A DNA stretch of 64,000 nt from a virus (IMGVR_UViG_3300032307_000705:19723-83722), one strand, 5' to 3'; numbered from the stretch's first letter, positions 11,810 through 22,113 are shown. Notes: a model not told the origin generated them from the sequence alone. A program made the numbers and translations.

Positions 11810-12412
11810 ATGTCAAAAAACATTAGGAAAGATTCGCCCAAAGTACTTGGGCTTGATGTGTCGACCAAAACGATAGGTTGGTCTTTATTCGACATCGGTA
11901 CTGGAAATTTATTAGAATTAACTCACATCTCACCAGTTCCAAAACCAAAGGTAGAAAATAAAATTGAAGAATTGCTACTCAAGGCACAAATCTTCAGAGA
12001 AAAATTATTATCCTATAAAGAACTTGGTATTCAGTATGTTGTCATCGAAGAACCTTTATTGAACTCCAATAACGTTTACACGGTCAGTACTTTGATGAGA
12101 TTCAATACATTAATTTGTAAAGAAGTTTATGATGTATTGGGAGTAGTTCCTGAATTTATTTCGACGTACAATTCACGAAAATTTGCATTCCCTCATTTAG
12201 TTCAACCTAATGACAAAGACAAATATGTTTTGTTTGGTGGTATGCCAAAAGATATTGATAAGAAAGTGGTTATATGGGAATTAGTTGCAAAGAGAGAACC
12301 ACAAATTACTTGGCAATACACAAAGAACAATACTCTCAAAAAAGAAAATTATGACCAAACTGACGCCTATTGTGCCGCACTTGGTTATATGAAGATGAAA
12401 GAAATTTGGTAG
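11810..12412 (+). CDS. RuvC-like Holliday junction resolvase
   Basis: VLGLDVSTKTIGW, VVIEEP and DQTDA acidic motifs. Confidence 0.75.
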   Translation: MSKNIRKDSPKVLGLDVSTKTIGWSLFDIGTGNLLELTHISPVPKPKVENKIEELLLKAQIFREKLLSYKELGIQYVVIEEPLLNSNNVYTVSTLMRFNTLICKEVYDVLGVVPEFISTYNSRKFAFPHLVQPNDKDKYVLFGGMPKDIDKKVVIWELVAKREPQITWQYTKNNTLKKENYDQTDAYCAALGYMKMKEIW

Positions 12413-12440
12413 GTTAATTTTTTTATAGTATCTTAGCTTT

Positions 12441-12806
12441 ATGAAAGGATACGTGACAAAAACCCCCGAAGCAAAAGCACTCAGACGAGTTGTCAAAAAG
12501 TACGGCACTTTGAATATCAAGGATGATAATATCGAAGGTACCATTCAGATTACTCACTATCGTCAGTATGACTACCAAGAAGAAGTTGATGTTACTTTCG
12601 TGGGTAAAATTCATGTTAGATACGGAGGTGGTCTAATGTGGATCGACCATCAAAGGATTACCAAAGACATGAAAAATATTTCCAAGTTAAAACTCAACAG
12701 AGTTTTACGAAAATTCTTTATCAGTCACTTACGATCACACCTGTCGATTTTTAGTGTTCAATTAAACTACGCCGCAGATATAAAAACCGTAAAATGGATT
12801 GGTTAA
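12441..12806 (+). CDS. Hypothetical protein
   Basis: ORF fills the gap; TATCTTAG promoter-like variant just upstream. Confidence 0.6.
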   Translation: MKGYVTKTPEAKALRRVVKKYGTLNIKDDNIEGTIQITHYRQYDYQEEVDVTFVGKIHVRYGGGLMWIDHQRITKDMKNISKLKLNRVLRKFFISHLRSHLSIFSVQLNYAADIKTVKWIG

Positions 12807-12961
12807 TTCTATTCTATTTCGTTTGTTTGGTTATAACAACCGTCTTCGCGATTGCATATTATTTTATTGAGAGGTATCTTGATGAAACTCACCCTGTTAT
12901 GAAGTGGTGGAGAAAAAACATTGTTGGTTTGAATTCATATCCTGATGATAATCAGGAATAA
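12794..12961 (+). CDS. 55-aa membrane protein not in ORF track
   Basis: MDWLILFYFVCLVITTVFAIAYYFIERYLDETHPVMKWWRKNIVGLNSYPDDNQE; one TM helix. Confidence 0.6.
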   Translation: MDWLILFYFVCLVITTVFAIAYYFIERYLDETHPVMKWWRKNIVGLNSYPDDNQE

Positions 12962-12966
12962 TTGAT

Positions 12967-12974
12967 TATATTTG
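12967..12974 (+). promoter_or_regulatory. Bacteroidota-type -7 box TATATTTG
   Basis: Matches TAnnTTTG, 4 nt before the primase ATG. Confidence 0.6.
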
Positions 12975-12978
12975 TAGA

Positions 12979-13893
12979 ATGACAGACGAGGTTGACGTAT
13001 TAGTTGAATTACTCACGGAGTTTCTTGGTGACTTCCACCAACACTACGAATCAAAAGGGCAAATATCTTTTGACTGTCCTGTCTGTGCTGAAGAAAAAGG
13101 TTTGGATGGTGGTGATGGTAAAGGTAACTTGGAAATTAACTATGGTAAACACGTTTATAAGTGTTGGTCCTGTGGTGAGACTCACGGAACTCACGGACCA
13201 TTGGGTAAACTATTTGACCAATACGCGACCAAAAGTCAAAAGAAAGTCTACAACTTAATCAAACCTGAGGAACTCAAACAAGAGGATGTCAAACGACCCA
13301 AACTCAGACTACCTGAAGGTTATACCACCTTCCAAGATTCCAACCCAAGATTCATTCCACATATGGAAGCATACAGATACCTCCAATCAAGAGGTATTAC
13401 TGATGAGATGATTGAGAGGTTCAAGATAGGTTATACCGTAAGTGGGGACTTTGCCTACAGAATTATTGTACCTTCATTCAACAAGGAAGGAGCGTTAAAT
13501 TATTTTGTCGCCAGATCTTGGGTGCCCAAGAAGATGAAGTATAAGAACCCTTCCGTTCCCAAAGATGAGATAATCTTCAATGAGAGTTTGATTGATTGGG
13601 ATAAGGACGTATATTTGTGTGAAGGTGCGTTTGACTCCTTCTTCCTATCCAACTCTATTGTAATGTTGGGAAAGAAGATGAGTAAGTTGTTGTTTGAAAC
13701 TTTATACACCAAGGCGAATGCTCAAGTCATCATCTGTTGTGATGGAGATGCGTTTGAAGATGGACTCCGAGTTTATCATGAACTAAATGGAGGTAGGTTG
13801 TATAATAAAATTAAAATAGTTAAATTGCCAGTCGATAAGGACGTTTGTGACCTACGTGGGCAAATTGACGAGTATTACTACGAAATAAGATAG
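12979..13893 (+). CDS. DNA primase (Zn finger + TOPRIM, T4 gp61-like)
   Basis: CPVC..CWSC Zn finger, LCEGAFD and CDGD TOPRIM motifs. Confidence 0.9.
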   Translation: MTDEVDVLVELLTEFLGDFHQHYESKGQISFDCPVCAEEKGLDGGDGKGNLEINYGKHVYKCWSCGETHGTHGPLGKLFDQYATKSQKKVYNLIKPEELKQEDVKRPKLRLPEGYTTFQDSNPRFIPHMEAYRYLQSRGITDEMIERFKIGYTVSGDFAYRIIVPSFNKEGALNYFVARSWVPKKMKYKNPSVPKDEIIFNESLIDWDKDVYLCEGAFDSFFLSNSIVMLGKKMSKLLFETLYTKANAQVIICCDGDAFEDGLRVYHELNGGRLYNKIKIVKLPVDKDVCDLRGQIDEYYYEIR

Positions 13894-13894
13894 A

Positions 13895-14740
13895 ATGATA
13901 GATTTGAAATCGGTCGCCTCAGAGATACGTGAAATTATCTCTGAGAGACAAAAAAGTTTGGGATTGGTCTTTGAAGAAGACAATCACATTTACACTATGG
14001 GTGGTAGACAAGACTACCCTTCAGTATCCAAAATACTAAAAAAATTCTATAGAGAGTTTCCTTTAGATGAGGCGGCGTTGAAGAAGTCTGGTGGAGACCC
14101 TGAGGAGGCGGAGAGATTAAAAGAAGAGTGGGCAGCCGCAGGTGACTATTCCACGAACATGGGGTCTCGTGTTCACTTTATATTGGAGAAAAAAACCATC
14201 GAGAGAAACGGAAACTATAAGGAAGTAAGACAGCCTATTTTTACTTGTGACCCATCCCAACTTATCAAAGGAGACGCAATGATTAAGGGAGGTGAACAAT
14301 ATATCAAACTGATGGAAGAGAGAGGAGCGGTTCTTCTTGATACTGAAATGGTTTTGGGGGATCCTGAATTAGGATATGTTGGGCAACCAGATAAAGTTTG
14401 GATTATCCCTAACCGACAGAAAACTGAGTTCGGATTGGTGATAACTGATTGGAAAACCAACAAAGCAAAAAACTTTGTTGAAACGAGATATACTGATAGG
14501 ATGTATGAACCATTCCAAAAGTATCCAAATACAGCGTTAGGACACTACTATCTTCAATTACCTTTCTATGGTAAGTTGCTTGTAAAAATGTTACAGGGAA
14601 CCAAGTATGAAAATCTTAAGTTGTATGGATGTGTAATCTCCCATTTGAAAGAAGATTCTATGTATGATGAATACAAAGTTCCTCAAGAAGTTATCGATAT
14701 CATCATGGGAATGGATATGAAAAAGTATCTAAAGAAATAA
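13895..14740 (+). CDS. PD-(D/E)XK exonuclease-like protein
   Basis: GSRVH, GQPD, ITDWKT, YYLQL motifs. Confidence 0.75.
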   Translation: MIDLKSVASEIREIISERQKSLGLVFEEDNHIYTMGGRQDYPSVSKILKKFYREFPLDEAALKKSGGDPEEAERLKEEWAAAGDYSTNMGSRVHFILEKKTIERNGNYKEVRQPIFTCDPSQLIKGDAMIKGGEQYIKLMEERGAVLLDTEMVLGDPELGYVGQPDKVWIIPNRQKTEFGLVITDWKTNKAKNFVETRYTDRMYEPFQKYPNTALGHYYLQLPFYGKLLVKMLQGTKYENLKLYGCVISHLKEDSMYDEYKVPQEVIDIIMGMDMKKYLKK

Positions 14741-14763
14741 CCACCGAAGGGTGGTTTTTTTTT
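14739..14763 (+). terminator. Rho-independent terminator
   Basis: AACCACC-GAAG-GGTGGTT followed by T run. Confidence 0.8.
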
Positions 14764-14817
14764 GAAAAGTCAAAAATTATTCGTACTATTGTGTCTAACA
14801 TTAATTGTAAAGTCGAT

Positions 14818-15699
14818 ATGTCAAAGGTAGATGATTTGAAAAAAAAATATTCTGAGGTTTCCACGGCAAGTTTTACCAAATTTGTTGAAGGGGATACTAC
14901 ACCCACAAAAAAGTATTTGGAATTCATGTTGAAGACTTGGGAGGATAGGAAACTTGGAGGACATTACAGAACGACTAGTACCATCATTAAACATGTTACT
15001 AAGTTTAATGAGCTACTACCATACATCAGCAACAAAGACATTTATTCCAAAGAATATGGCAATTATCAAAAGTTAATTGATGTTATTGAAAATGCGGAAC
15101 AAGCAAGAGAAGAAAAATATTTCGTAAAAGAAGACCATATCAATGTTCTCCTTGAGACGGAAGAGTTTATTTTACTTCAACCCAAAACCCATAAAGGTTC
15201 CATGAAGTATGGTGCGAACACAAAATGGTGTACTACAACTAAAAACAACGAATCAATTTTTAAGAACTACACTCGAGACGGATTTCTTGCATACCTGATT
15301 GATAAATCAGAAACTAAGAATGAGAACTACAGGAAAGTTGCTTTGTACCTTGAGTTTGCTCAAGGAGGGTTGAACGAAAGTATTAAGATATATGATGTGA
15401 AGGATAAGTATGCCCATGAGAGTCACTTAATTGCTAGTGAATGGGAACTTGAAAAGTTATTTCAAATCTTCACAACCTTTAGATATCACTTTATTAAAAC
15501 GAGAGAGTGTAAACTGAGTAGAGATTTCGTCAACTCATTTGTCAATACAATCAGTAAACTTGATTTTACAAAGTTCGAGTTACACTTGTCTAGACTTGAT
15601 GAAGGTGGAGATTTATCTTATATTAATAAGGCACAAACAAAAGTAGAATCATTTATAGAAACATTAAACAATACAAAATATGGAGTTAGAAAAACCTAA
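14818..15699 (+). CDS. Hypothetical protein with YG..TxWCT domain
   Basis: SMKYGANTKWCTT; related to 34183..35523. Confidence 0.7.
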   Translation: MSKVDDLKKKYSEVSTASFTKFVEGDTTPTKKYLEFMLKTWEDRKLGGHYRTTSTIIKHVTKFNELLPYISNKDIYSKEYGNYQKLIDVIENAEQAREEKYFVKEDHINVLLETEEFILLQPKTHKGSMKYGANTKWCTTTKNNESIFKNYTRDGFLAYLIDKSETKNENYRKVALYLEFAQGGLNESIKIYDVKDKYAHESHLIASEWELEKLFQIFTTFRYHFIKTRECKLSRDFVNSFVNTISKLDFTKFELHLSRLDEGGDLSYINKAQTKVESFIETLNNTKYGVRKT

Positions 15700-15916
15700 A
15701 ATTAATTTAAGAGACGTACCGACCATCAAGTGCGATAATTGTGGAGGAGTTTATTTCAGAGAAGTTACTTACCTGAAGTTAGTCCCAAAGTTGATGACTG
15801 GTTCATCCGAAGACACAACTGTACCATTTCCAATCTACAAGTGTGATTCTTGTGGACACATAAACAAAGGGTTTAATCCCTTCGAAGAAGAACCGAAAGT
15901 TATCATTAATGATTAA
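15680..15916 (+). CDS. Small Zn-ribbon protein
   Basis: CDNC..CDSC. Confidence 0.7.
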   Translation: MELEKPKINLRDVPTIKCDNCGGVYFREVTYLKLVPKLMTGSSEDTTVPFPIYKCDSCGHINKGFNPFEEEPKVIIND

Positions 15917-16688
15917 TAGATTAGTTCATTTTTCTGACTTACACGTAAGACTATTCAAGGACCATGATTTGTATCGTGGAATCCTTGAGTCTGCGTTGAA
16001 AGAATGGAAAACACTACAACCTGATAGAATAGTTTTCACTGGAGATTTGGTTCATTCCAAAAATCAAATGACACCAGAGTTGGTGGAGTTTGTTGCTTGG
16101 ATATTGACCGAGTGTGCAAAAATTACAAAGACTATTGTAATTATTGGTAACCACGACTTCCTTGAGAATAACAATACTCGTTTGGATGCTTTGACTCCGA
16201 TTATCGATTCGTTGAAGAATGATAACATAGTTTATTATAAGAACCGTGGGGTGTATGAGGATGAGAATATTAATTGGTGTGTGTATTCTTTGATGGAACA
16301 CAACATTCAACCTGATATTCAGAAGTCCAAGAACAAGAACATTGGATTATTTCACGGACCTGTCACTGGTCTTTACACCGATATTGGATATAAGTTTGAG
16401 GATGGGTTTGATACGAGTAAGTTCAAGGGGTGTGACTTGGTACTTTGTGGAGACATTCACAAGAGACAAGTGTTTGACATTCCTGGTGGAAAGAAAGCGT
16501 ACATGGTTGGGTCAACTATCCAACAGAACTTTGGAGAGAGAGTAACTAAACATGGATATGGTGTTTATGACATTGAGAAAGACCAGTATGACTTTGTTGA
16601 CCTTCCGAACCCAAAACCTTTTCTATCATTCTATATAAACTCAATTGATAACTTGGTTAACGGAACCGAGAAACTTGTAAATTACTAA
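15909..16688 (+). CDS. Mre11/SbcD-like metallophosphoesterase nuclease (T4 gp47-like)
   Basis: SDLH, GDLVH, GNHD, GDIH motifs; upstream of Rad50-like gene. Confidence 0.85.
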   Translation: MINRLVHFSDLHVRLFKDHDLYRGILESALKEWKTLQPDRIVFTGDLVHSKNQMTPELVEFVAWILTECAKITKTIVIIGNHDFLENNNTRLDALTPIIDSLKNDNIVYYKNRGVYEDENINWCVYSLMEHNIQPDIQKSKNKNIGLFHGPVTGLYTDIGYKFEDGFDTSKFKGCDLVLCGDIHKRQVFDIPGGKKAYMVGSTIQQNFGERVTKHGYGVYDIEKDQYDFVDLPNPKPFLSFYINSIDNLVNGTEKLVNY

Positions 16689-17456
16689 ATGGAATATAAA
16701 CTAAACCTTTCTTCCACTGAAAACAAAGATCTCATATCATATTGTAATATGAATGACTTGAGAATTAGTGAGGTGATTAAGAAATCTTACCTTGAAGGAT
16801 TTAACATTGAGAGGTATGGTTTGTTAAATGTGGGTGGGACTCGTGAAAAACAGGTGGAAAAAGAGGTCATTGTTGAAAAACGGGTGGAGATTCCTGTTGA
16901 GGTAATTAAAGAGGTTGTCAAGATTGAGTATATTGAAGTTGAAAAACCTGTTGAAAAGATTATAGAAATTATTAAAGAGGTTCCGATTGAACGAGTTGTT
17001 GAAAAAATAGTCGAGATAGTTAAGGAAATACCTGTTGAAAAAGTTGTTTTGAAAGATGTAATCAAAGAGGTGGTTGTTGAGAAAGTTGTTAGAGTCTCTG
17101 ATGACACTCAAGTAAATGAACTGTTGTTGAAAATAGAAGAGTTAGAAAATAAACCTCCAAAAGTTTTAGAAGTGATTAGAGAAGTTCCTGTTGAGAAGAT
17201 AGTTGAAATTATTAAAGAAGTTCAAGTTGAAGTCATCAAGGAAGTAGTAGTTGAAAAAGAAAGTACCGATATTGGATTGAAATCAAAGTTGGATGCAATT
17301 CAGAATACTGTCCAAAAGTTGAAACAAGACAATATCGAGAAAGATAATAAAATCAGAGAATACGAAAAAACTATCGAAGACATTCAAAAGTTTCAAACAG
17401 ATAGGAAAGCGGCTTTTCTTAAAGGGTCCAACTTGGACGACACATTATATAAATAA
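16689..17456 (+). CDS. V/I-E-K repeat (alveolin/articulin-like) coiled-coil protein
   Basis: Repeated VEKIVEIVKEIP units followed by a heptad coil. Confidence 0.7.
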   Translation: MEYKLNLSSTENKDLISYCNMNDLRISEVIKKSYLEGFNIERYGLLNVGGTREKQVEKEVIVEKRVEIPVEVIKEVVKIEYIEVEKPVEKIIEIIKEVPIERVVEKIVEIVKEIPVEKVVLKDVIKEVVVEKVVRVSDDTQVNELLLKIEELENKPPKVLEVIREVPVEKIVEIIKEVQVEVIKEVVVEKESTDIGLKSKLDAIQNTVQKLKQDNIEKDNKIREYEKTIEDIQKFQTDRKAAFLKGSNLDDTLYK

Positions 17457-17461
17457 AAATT

Positions 17462-17812
17462 ATGGTACAAATATTAATATGGATGATTATGGCTTATGGT
17501 ATGAGCAACATCCTCGTTTATGGAAGTATTTTCAATAGACCAAGAAATGCAATAAACAAATGGGCGGCAGATGTTGACTCAATTTTCCAAGATTTTTGGA
17601 TATTCTTATCCGATATGTTAAGATGTATGATGTGTACATCAACTTGGGTTGGATTCTTTATTGGAATTTTTGTATATTCGCCTTGGAATATAATCATTGG
17701 AGAATCATTATGGTACTCTTGGTTTTTTGATGGGATGTTTGCCTCAGGAGCCGTATGGGCAATAAATGCAATCGTAGAATGGTTCGAGGTAAACCGACCA
17801 AAATCAGAATAA
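17462..17812 (+). CDS. DUF1360-like membrane protein
   Basis: TM helices with CMMCTSTW motif. Confidence 0.65.
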   Translation: MVQILIWMIMAYGMSNILVYGSIFNRPRNAINKWAADVDSIFQDFWIFLSDMLRCMMCTSTWVGFFIGIFVYSPWNIIIGESLWYSWFFDGMFASGAVWAINAIVEWFEVNRPKSE

Positions 17813-17839
17813 AAAAACAAACAACAAAATAAAAACAAG

Positions 17840-18433
17840 ATGGCAAAGTATCAATTAAAAGTTTACGGGTGGGAATTGAATGCATCCGCACAATCTATTA
17901 CTGACCAACAGGTTCAAGATATTCAAGAATATCAAGAAGAAAATGGATATGAGGATCTGAGTGAAATGGCTTGGGACTTGGAAACAATCGTTGAAGGTTA
18001 TGAGCCCTTTAACACAAATATGTGGGTTATTGACAAACCTATGGACAATGATGGACTTAGTTTCATAATCGCAGATGAAAATGGTGAGGACATTGCTACA
18101 TTCAATTTGGATGAAATGACTGACCACTATGAAATTGATGAAAATTATGAAAGTATTGATTATCATGGATTTCCTTCTGAAGGAGAGAATGAGAATGTTT
18201 TGCTTTTCATGGAAGAGAATAAAGGAATGGTTTATGGATTCAATTTTGAATCTGAAGAAGTTCCAACACCAAAAGATTTTTCATATATTCCTGGTACAAT
18301 AGGAACTGACTACGCAGATTATGATTTCATTGATAAAGTTTTCTTCAAAGGAAGTGAATTGGAAGTGGATTATGACTTTCAAGCAACCAATGGAAAAGGT
18401 GTAACGGTTCAATTATTTACATTAAACGACTAA
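17840..18433 (+). CDS. Acidic hypothetical protein
   Basis: ORF in operon. Confidence 0.7.
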   Translation: MAKYQLKVYGWELNASAQSITDQQVQDIQEYQEENGYEDLSEMAWDLETIVEGYEPFNTNMWVIDKPMDNDGLSFIIADENGEDIATFNLDEMTDHYEIDENYESIDYHGFPSEGENENVLLFMEENKGMVYGFNFESEEVPTPKDFSYIPGTIGTDYADYDFIDKVFFKGSELEVDYDFQATNGKGVTVQLFTLND

Positions 18434-18437
18434 TAAG

Positions 18438-18626
18438 ATGGGAAAATCAAAAGTAAGAGGTGGAGCTAAGGCTCACAGAAAAAGAGTTGAGAACAGAAAC
18501 CAAAACATTAAGACGCAACAATCTGCAATTCAAAAACTTTTCAATGAAACGATGAAACTTCAAATGGAAGAGTTCAAGAAAAAACAAGAAGCTGAACAAA
18601 ACGGAACTTCTGAAACAAACCAATAA
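18438..18626 (+). CDS. Small basic hypothetical protein
   Basis: ORF tightly packed in operon. Confidence 0.6.
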   Translation: MGKSKVRGGAKAHRKRVENRNQNIKTQQSAIQKLFNETMKLQMEEFKKKQEAEQNGTSETNQ

Positions 18627-18627
18627 A

Positions 18628-21009
18628 ATGAAATGGGATTTATTCAATCCATATCCAACTTACAACTATTCAAATATGCCAACTAATTTAGATGTATCTA
18701 CATTAGAAACCCCTTACATTCAGGTAATTTGGGAAGACACACCCGAAAACTTTACTCAGGAAAGAATTAAGTCTGTGAAGCAGTACTTTATGAAAAAGTA
18801 TTATTCAACAAACATTAATGTGATTACCAAAGTGAAGACATCGGATGAAGACTCCATGCAGACCATTGATGTTTCAGTGAACATCATGGATAAGAATTAT
18901 CAGACAGAGTTGGTAAAAACTTATTTGGAATCCAAAGGTCAAGAACAATATTTCGACCAACTAATGAACATCGACCTTGCGGTTGAAAACAGAATGTTGG
19001 CAAACGAAGTTGAGGTAACTCCATTCAAAAGATGGTATATCAAAAAAATTGAGTTCGATAACTTCTTATCTTATGGACAGAATCAAGTAATTGATTTTGA
19101 CAAGTGTAATGGGATTACTGTAGTTGAATCGGATCCACCAAACTTTGGAGGGAAGACGGTATTAACCGTTGACCTTCTATTGTTTTTGTTCTTCAACACA
19201 ACAACCAAAACTCAAAAGGCTGAAGAAATCTTCAACAGATTTACTGATGTAAACAAAGTTAGTGTTAAGGGTGACATCACAATCGATGGTGAAGACTATG
19301 TGATTGTTCGTCAGATTGAAAGAAAGAAGTCCAAGGCGGGTGAATGGAACATTAAGACTGAACTTGAGTTCTTTAAGAAACTTGCTGATGGTCAACTTCA
19401 AAACTTCACTGGTGAACAAAGACGTGAGACAGAAAACTTCATGAAGAAATCCATCGGAAGTATGGAAGACTTTTTGATGACCATTGTTACAACTGCATCC
19501 AATCTTGAAGACTTGTTGGATGCAAAACCAACTGCTCGTGGACAGGTATTGACTCGATTCTTGGGATTAGAATTTCTTAAGAAAAAGGAAGAGACTGGCA
19601 AAGAACTTTATTCAGAGTTCTCCAAAGGAATGATTTCTAATGTGTATAACACAGAGTCTCTTAAACAGGATAATGAGACCTCTGGTGAGGAGATTATCCG
19701 AATGAAGGATGAGATTATCGAGATGTCCAAAAACATCTCAGATGTCGACAAAAGACTTCAGAAGGGACAGGATTATAAAGATAATTTGTTGAAATCCAAA
19801 TTCACTGATTTGGATAAGGAACTCATTACCTTGAATCCATTGTTATTACAATCTTCAATAAGCAACTTAGAGGACTCAAAACAAAAGACCGAACAGGACA
19901 TCAAGAATATTAAGATAGTTGAACCCAAAGAATTTTATCATGAGGATAAACATGATAACGTAAAAGAGGTTATCAAATCAAGATTCGCTGAACTTGTTAC
20001 TTGCGAGAATAAAGTTGAGGAAATTCAAGACCTTATCGAAAAGTATGGTGACGGAATTCAATGTGACCACTGTGGTATCAAATTGATGGAAGCTAAATTG
20101 ACCAACGAGAAAATTAAACAACTCGATTCATTCAAAAGACTTGTTCAGGACTTCAAAGAAGAAATTGATGGGTACGAAAAGAAAGAACAATCCTTTACAC
20201 AACTCAAAAAAGATTTTGATGAATATGAGAGAAATAAGCTCATAAAAGAAAAATATGAGTTATCTTTGGAATCCACTCAACTCAAATTGGAGCAAGTTAA
20301 AGATAAACTCAAAAGATATGAGGAAGTCCAAGACAAAATTAAGAAGAACAATGAGATTGATGCTCAGTTGTTAAAGGCTGGATTACGTATTGACGAATTG
20401 ATTAATGAGAAGAGAGGATATGAAAAGGTTCAAAATACAAACTCAACTCGTATTGAAACTATTGAATCAAGAATCGAAAAGAATAAAGACCTCATCTCGA
20501 AAATTGCTGAAGAGTTTGAAAGAGAAAAGATTTATAAAATCTATGTTGAAGTTTATGGTAAGAATGGTATCACCAAAATGATTATGAAAACCATGATGCC
20601 GTTAATCAATTCAGAACTTCAGAGACTCTTACAAGATTCTGCTTACTTCAATTTGGAGATTCGTATCAATGACAAGAATGAGGTGGAGTTCATGATGATT
20701 GATAATTCAACTGGTATTGAAAAACTGATGGTCTCAGGATCTGGTTATGAACGAACAATTGCTGCGATGGCGTTAAGAGCGGTGTTGTCTAAAGTATGTT
20801 CATTACCAAAACCAAATATCATAGTTTGGGACGAAGTTTTTGGTAAAATTTCCAATGACAATTTGGAAATGGTTGGAGAATTTTTTACCAAAATGAAAGA
20901 ATATTTTGAAAAGATATTCGTTATTACCCACAATCCTTTAGTGAATAACTGGGCGAACAACACCGTCAGAATTAATAAAATAGACAATATATCAAAAGTA
21001 ACACAATAA
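18628..21009 (+). CDS. Rad50/SbcC-like SMC ATPase (T4 gp46-like) with N-terminal extension
   Basis: NFLSYG, NFGGKT Walker A, CDHC Zn hook in coiled coil, SGSGYE signature, WDEVFG Walker B, ITH. Confidence 0.9.
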   Translation: MKWDLFNPYPTYNYSNMPTNLDVSTLETPYIQVIWEDTPENFTQERIKSVKQYFMKKYYSTNINVITKVKTSDEDSMQTIDVSVNIMDKNYQTELVKTYLESKGQEQYFDQLMNIDLAVENRMLANEVEVTPFKRWYIKKIEFDNFLSYGQNQVIDFDKCNGITVVESDPPNFGGKTVLTVDLLLFLFFNTTTKTQKAEEIFNRFTDVNKVSVKGDITIDGEDYVIVRQIERKKSKAGEWNIKTELEFFKKLADGQLQNFTGEQRRETENFMKKSIGSMEDFLMTIVTTASNLEDLLDAKPTARGQVLTRFLGLEFLKKKEETGKELYSEFSKGMISNVYNTESLKQDNETSGEEIIRMKDEIIEMSKNISDVDKRLQKGQDYKDNLLKSKFTDLDKELITLNPLLLQSSISNLEDSKQKTEQDIKNIKIVEPKEFYHEDKHDNVKEVIKSRFAELVTCENKVEEIQDLIEKYGDGIQCDHCGIKLMEAKLTNEKIKQLDSFKRLVQDFKEEIDGYEKKEQSFTQLKKDFDEYERNKLIKEKYELSLESTQLKLEQVKDKLKRYEEVQDKIKKNNEIDAQLLKAGLRIDELINEKRGYEKVQNTNSTRIETIESRIEKNKDLISKIAEEFEREKIYKIYVEVYGKNGITKMIMKTMMPLINSELQRLLQDSAYFNLEIRINDKNEVEFMMIDNSTGIEKLMVSGSGYERTIAAMALRAVLSKVCSLPKPNIIVWDEVFGKISNDNLEMVGEFFTKMKEYFEKIFVITHNPLVNNWANNTVRINKIDNISKVTQ

Positions 21010-21013
21010 AAAT

Positions 21014-21607
21014 ATGAGTGCAATTAAAGAATACATTAAAGAGTTATTATCCCAAAACTTAGTTGATTTTGAATTAGTTGATGGGGGAATGCAAAGAACT
21101 GTTGGTGATTTAATTGAAAACAAAATCAGTGATATATTGTTCAATTCTAATAGTGAATTGATTACAGAGAAACGGGAACCAAGAAGTAAAAAGTCAATCG
21201 AAGATGTTACACTTGTGTCAGATGGGGTTTTATACTACATCGACCCTAAGACTCATGATACAAATTCTGATTTTTCAATGCCGAATCTTACGTCGATAGA
21301 TAAGATTAAGAAATTATTTTCCTCTGATGAACAGGAACTAATCTATGTCTTTGTAAGTTATGGATTGGATAACGGAATGGTAGTTATTAGCGACATCAAA
21401 GTATTCTTTATTTGGGAATTGGATATTTCAATATTAGGTATTGGGGCGTTAGGTAAAGGTCAACTTCAAATAAAAAACGCAAACAATGAACTTGTTTTTA
21501 CAAACAAAGGAAAAGAGGAATGGTTTGAGGACTTTAAGAAATTGGTACAGGAGTATTTGAAAAAACAAATTACCAAGACAAACAAACAAATTTCTGAGTG
21601 GGTGTAA
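21014..21607 (+). CDS. Restriction-endonuclease-like PD-(D/E)xK protein
   Basis: VGDLIE helix, SIEDV..YIDPKT spacing. Confidence 0.5.
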   Translation: MSAIKEYIKELLSQNLVDFELVDGGMQRTVGDLIENKISDILFNSNSELITEKREPRSKKSIEDVTLVSDGVLYYIDPKTHDTNSDFSMPNLTSIDKIKKLFSSDEQELIYVFVSYGLDNGMVVISDIKVFFIWELDISILGIGALGKGQLQIKNANNELVFTNKGKEEWFEDFKKLVQEYLKKQITKTNKQISEWV

Positions 21608-21626
21608 ATAATTGAAATCTTTCACA

Positions 21627-21634
21627 TATCTTTG
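21627..21634 (+). promoter_or_regulatory. Bacteroidota-type -7 box TATCTTTG
   Basis: 5 nt before ATG 21640; same box at 22129-22136 and 22631-22638. Confidence 0.65.
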
Positions 21635-21639
21635 TCTTT

Positions 21640-22113
21640 ATGAAGAGAACATTAAACCAAAATCAATTATCTAACATCGAAGAAACCTTGGAAGACTTCA
21701 AGGTATTGTTGGCACGTTATCGAAATATTAAAGGTGATGAGAACAAATTAAGACAATTCTTTGTCAGAAATAGAAATCCGATTTGGGATATTACCAACTG
21801 TAAATTTTTTAAGACAGGGTTAATGTCAGAGTCTGCAAAAAATATGACGTTAACACAATTGGTGGATGACCACTTCATTCAAAGAAGTAAAGCAATGAGA
21901 TTTATCTTTTCTGAGTTGGATAAAGACGAGAACATGGGATTGGATAGGTTCATTGGGTTATTAAAAAAATATTGTTCTACAGTAAAGTTATCGAAAGAGG
22001 AACATTCTAAGGTTACAGTTGTTGCGAAACAAAATCCAACTTATTTGAATTACGAAAGTTATTTGGCGTGTAAGATTCAAATAGATGGATTATCTGATTT
22101 AATGTTGAGCTAA
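21640..22113 (+). CDS. Hypothetical protein
   Basis: ORF with its own promoter box. Confidence 0.7.
   Translation: MKRTLNQNQLSNIEETLEDFKVLLARYRNIKGDENKLRQFFVRNRNPIWDITNCKFFKTGLMSESAKNMTLTQLVDDHFIQRSKAMRFIFSELDKDENMGLDRFIGLLKKYCSTVKLSKEEHSKVTVVAKQNPTYLNYESYLACKIQIDGLSDLMLS

Noticed and set aside
13895-14740. Cas4/CRISPR system
   Set aside because: No Fe-S cysteine cluster, no other cas genes and no repeat-spacer array seen
16787-17111. Two antisense ORFs over the VEK repeat
   Set aside because: Shadows of a low-complexity coding repeat
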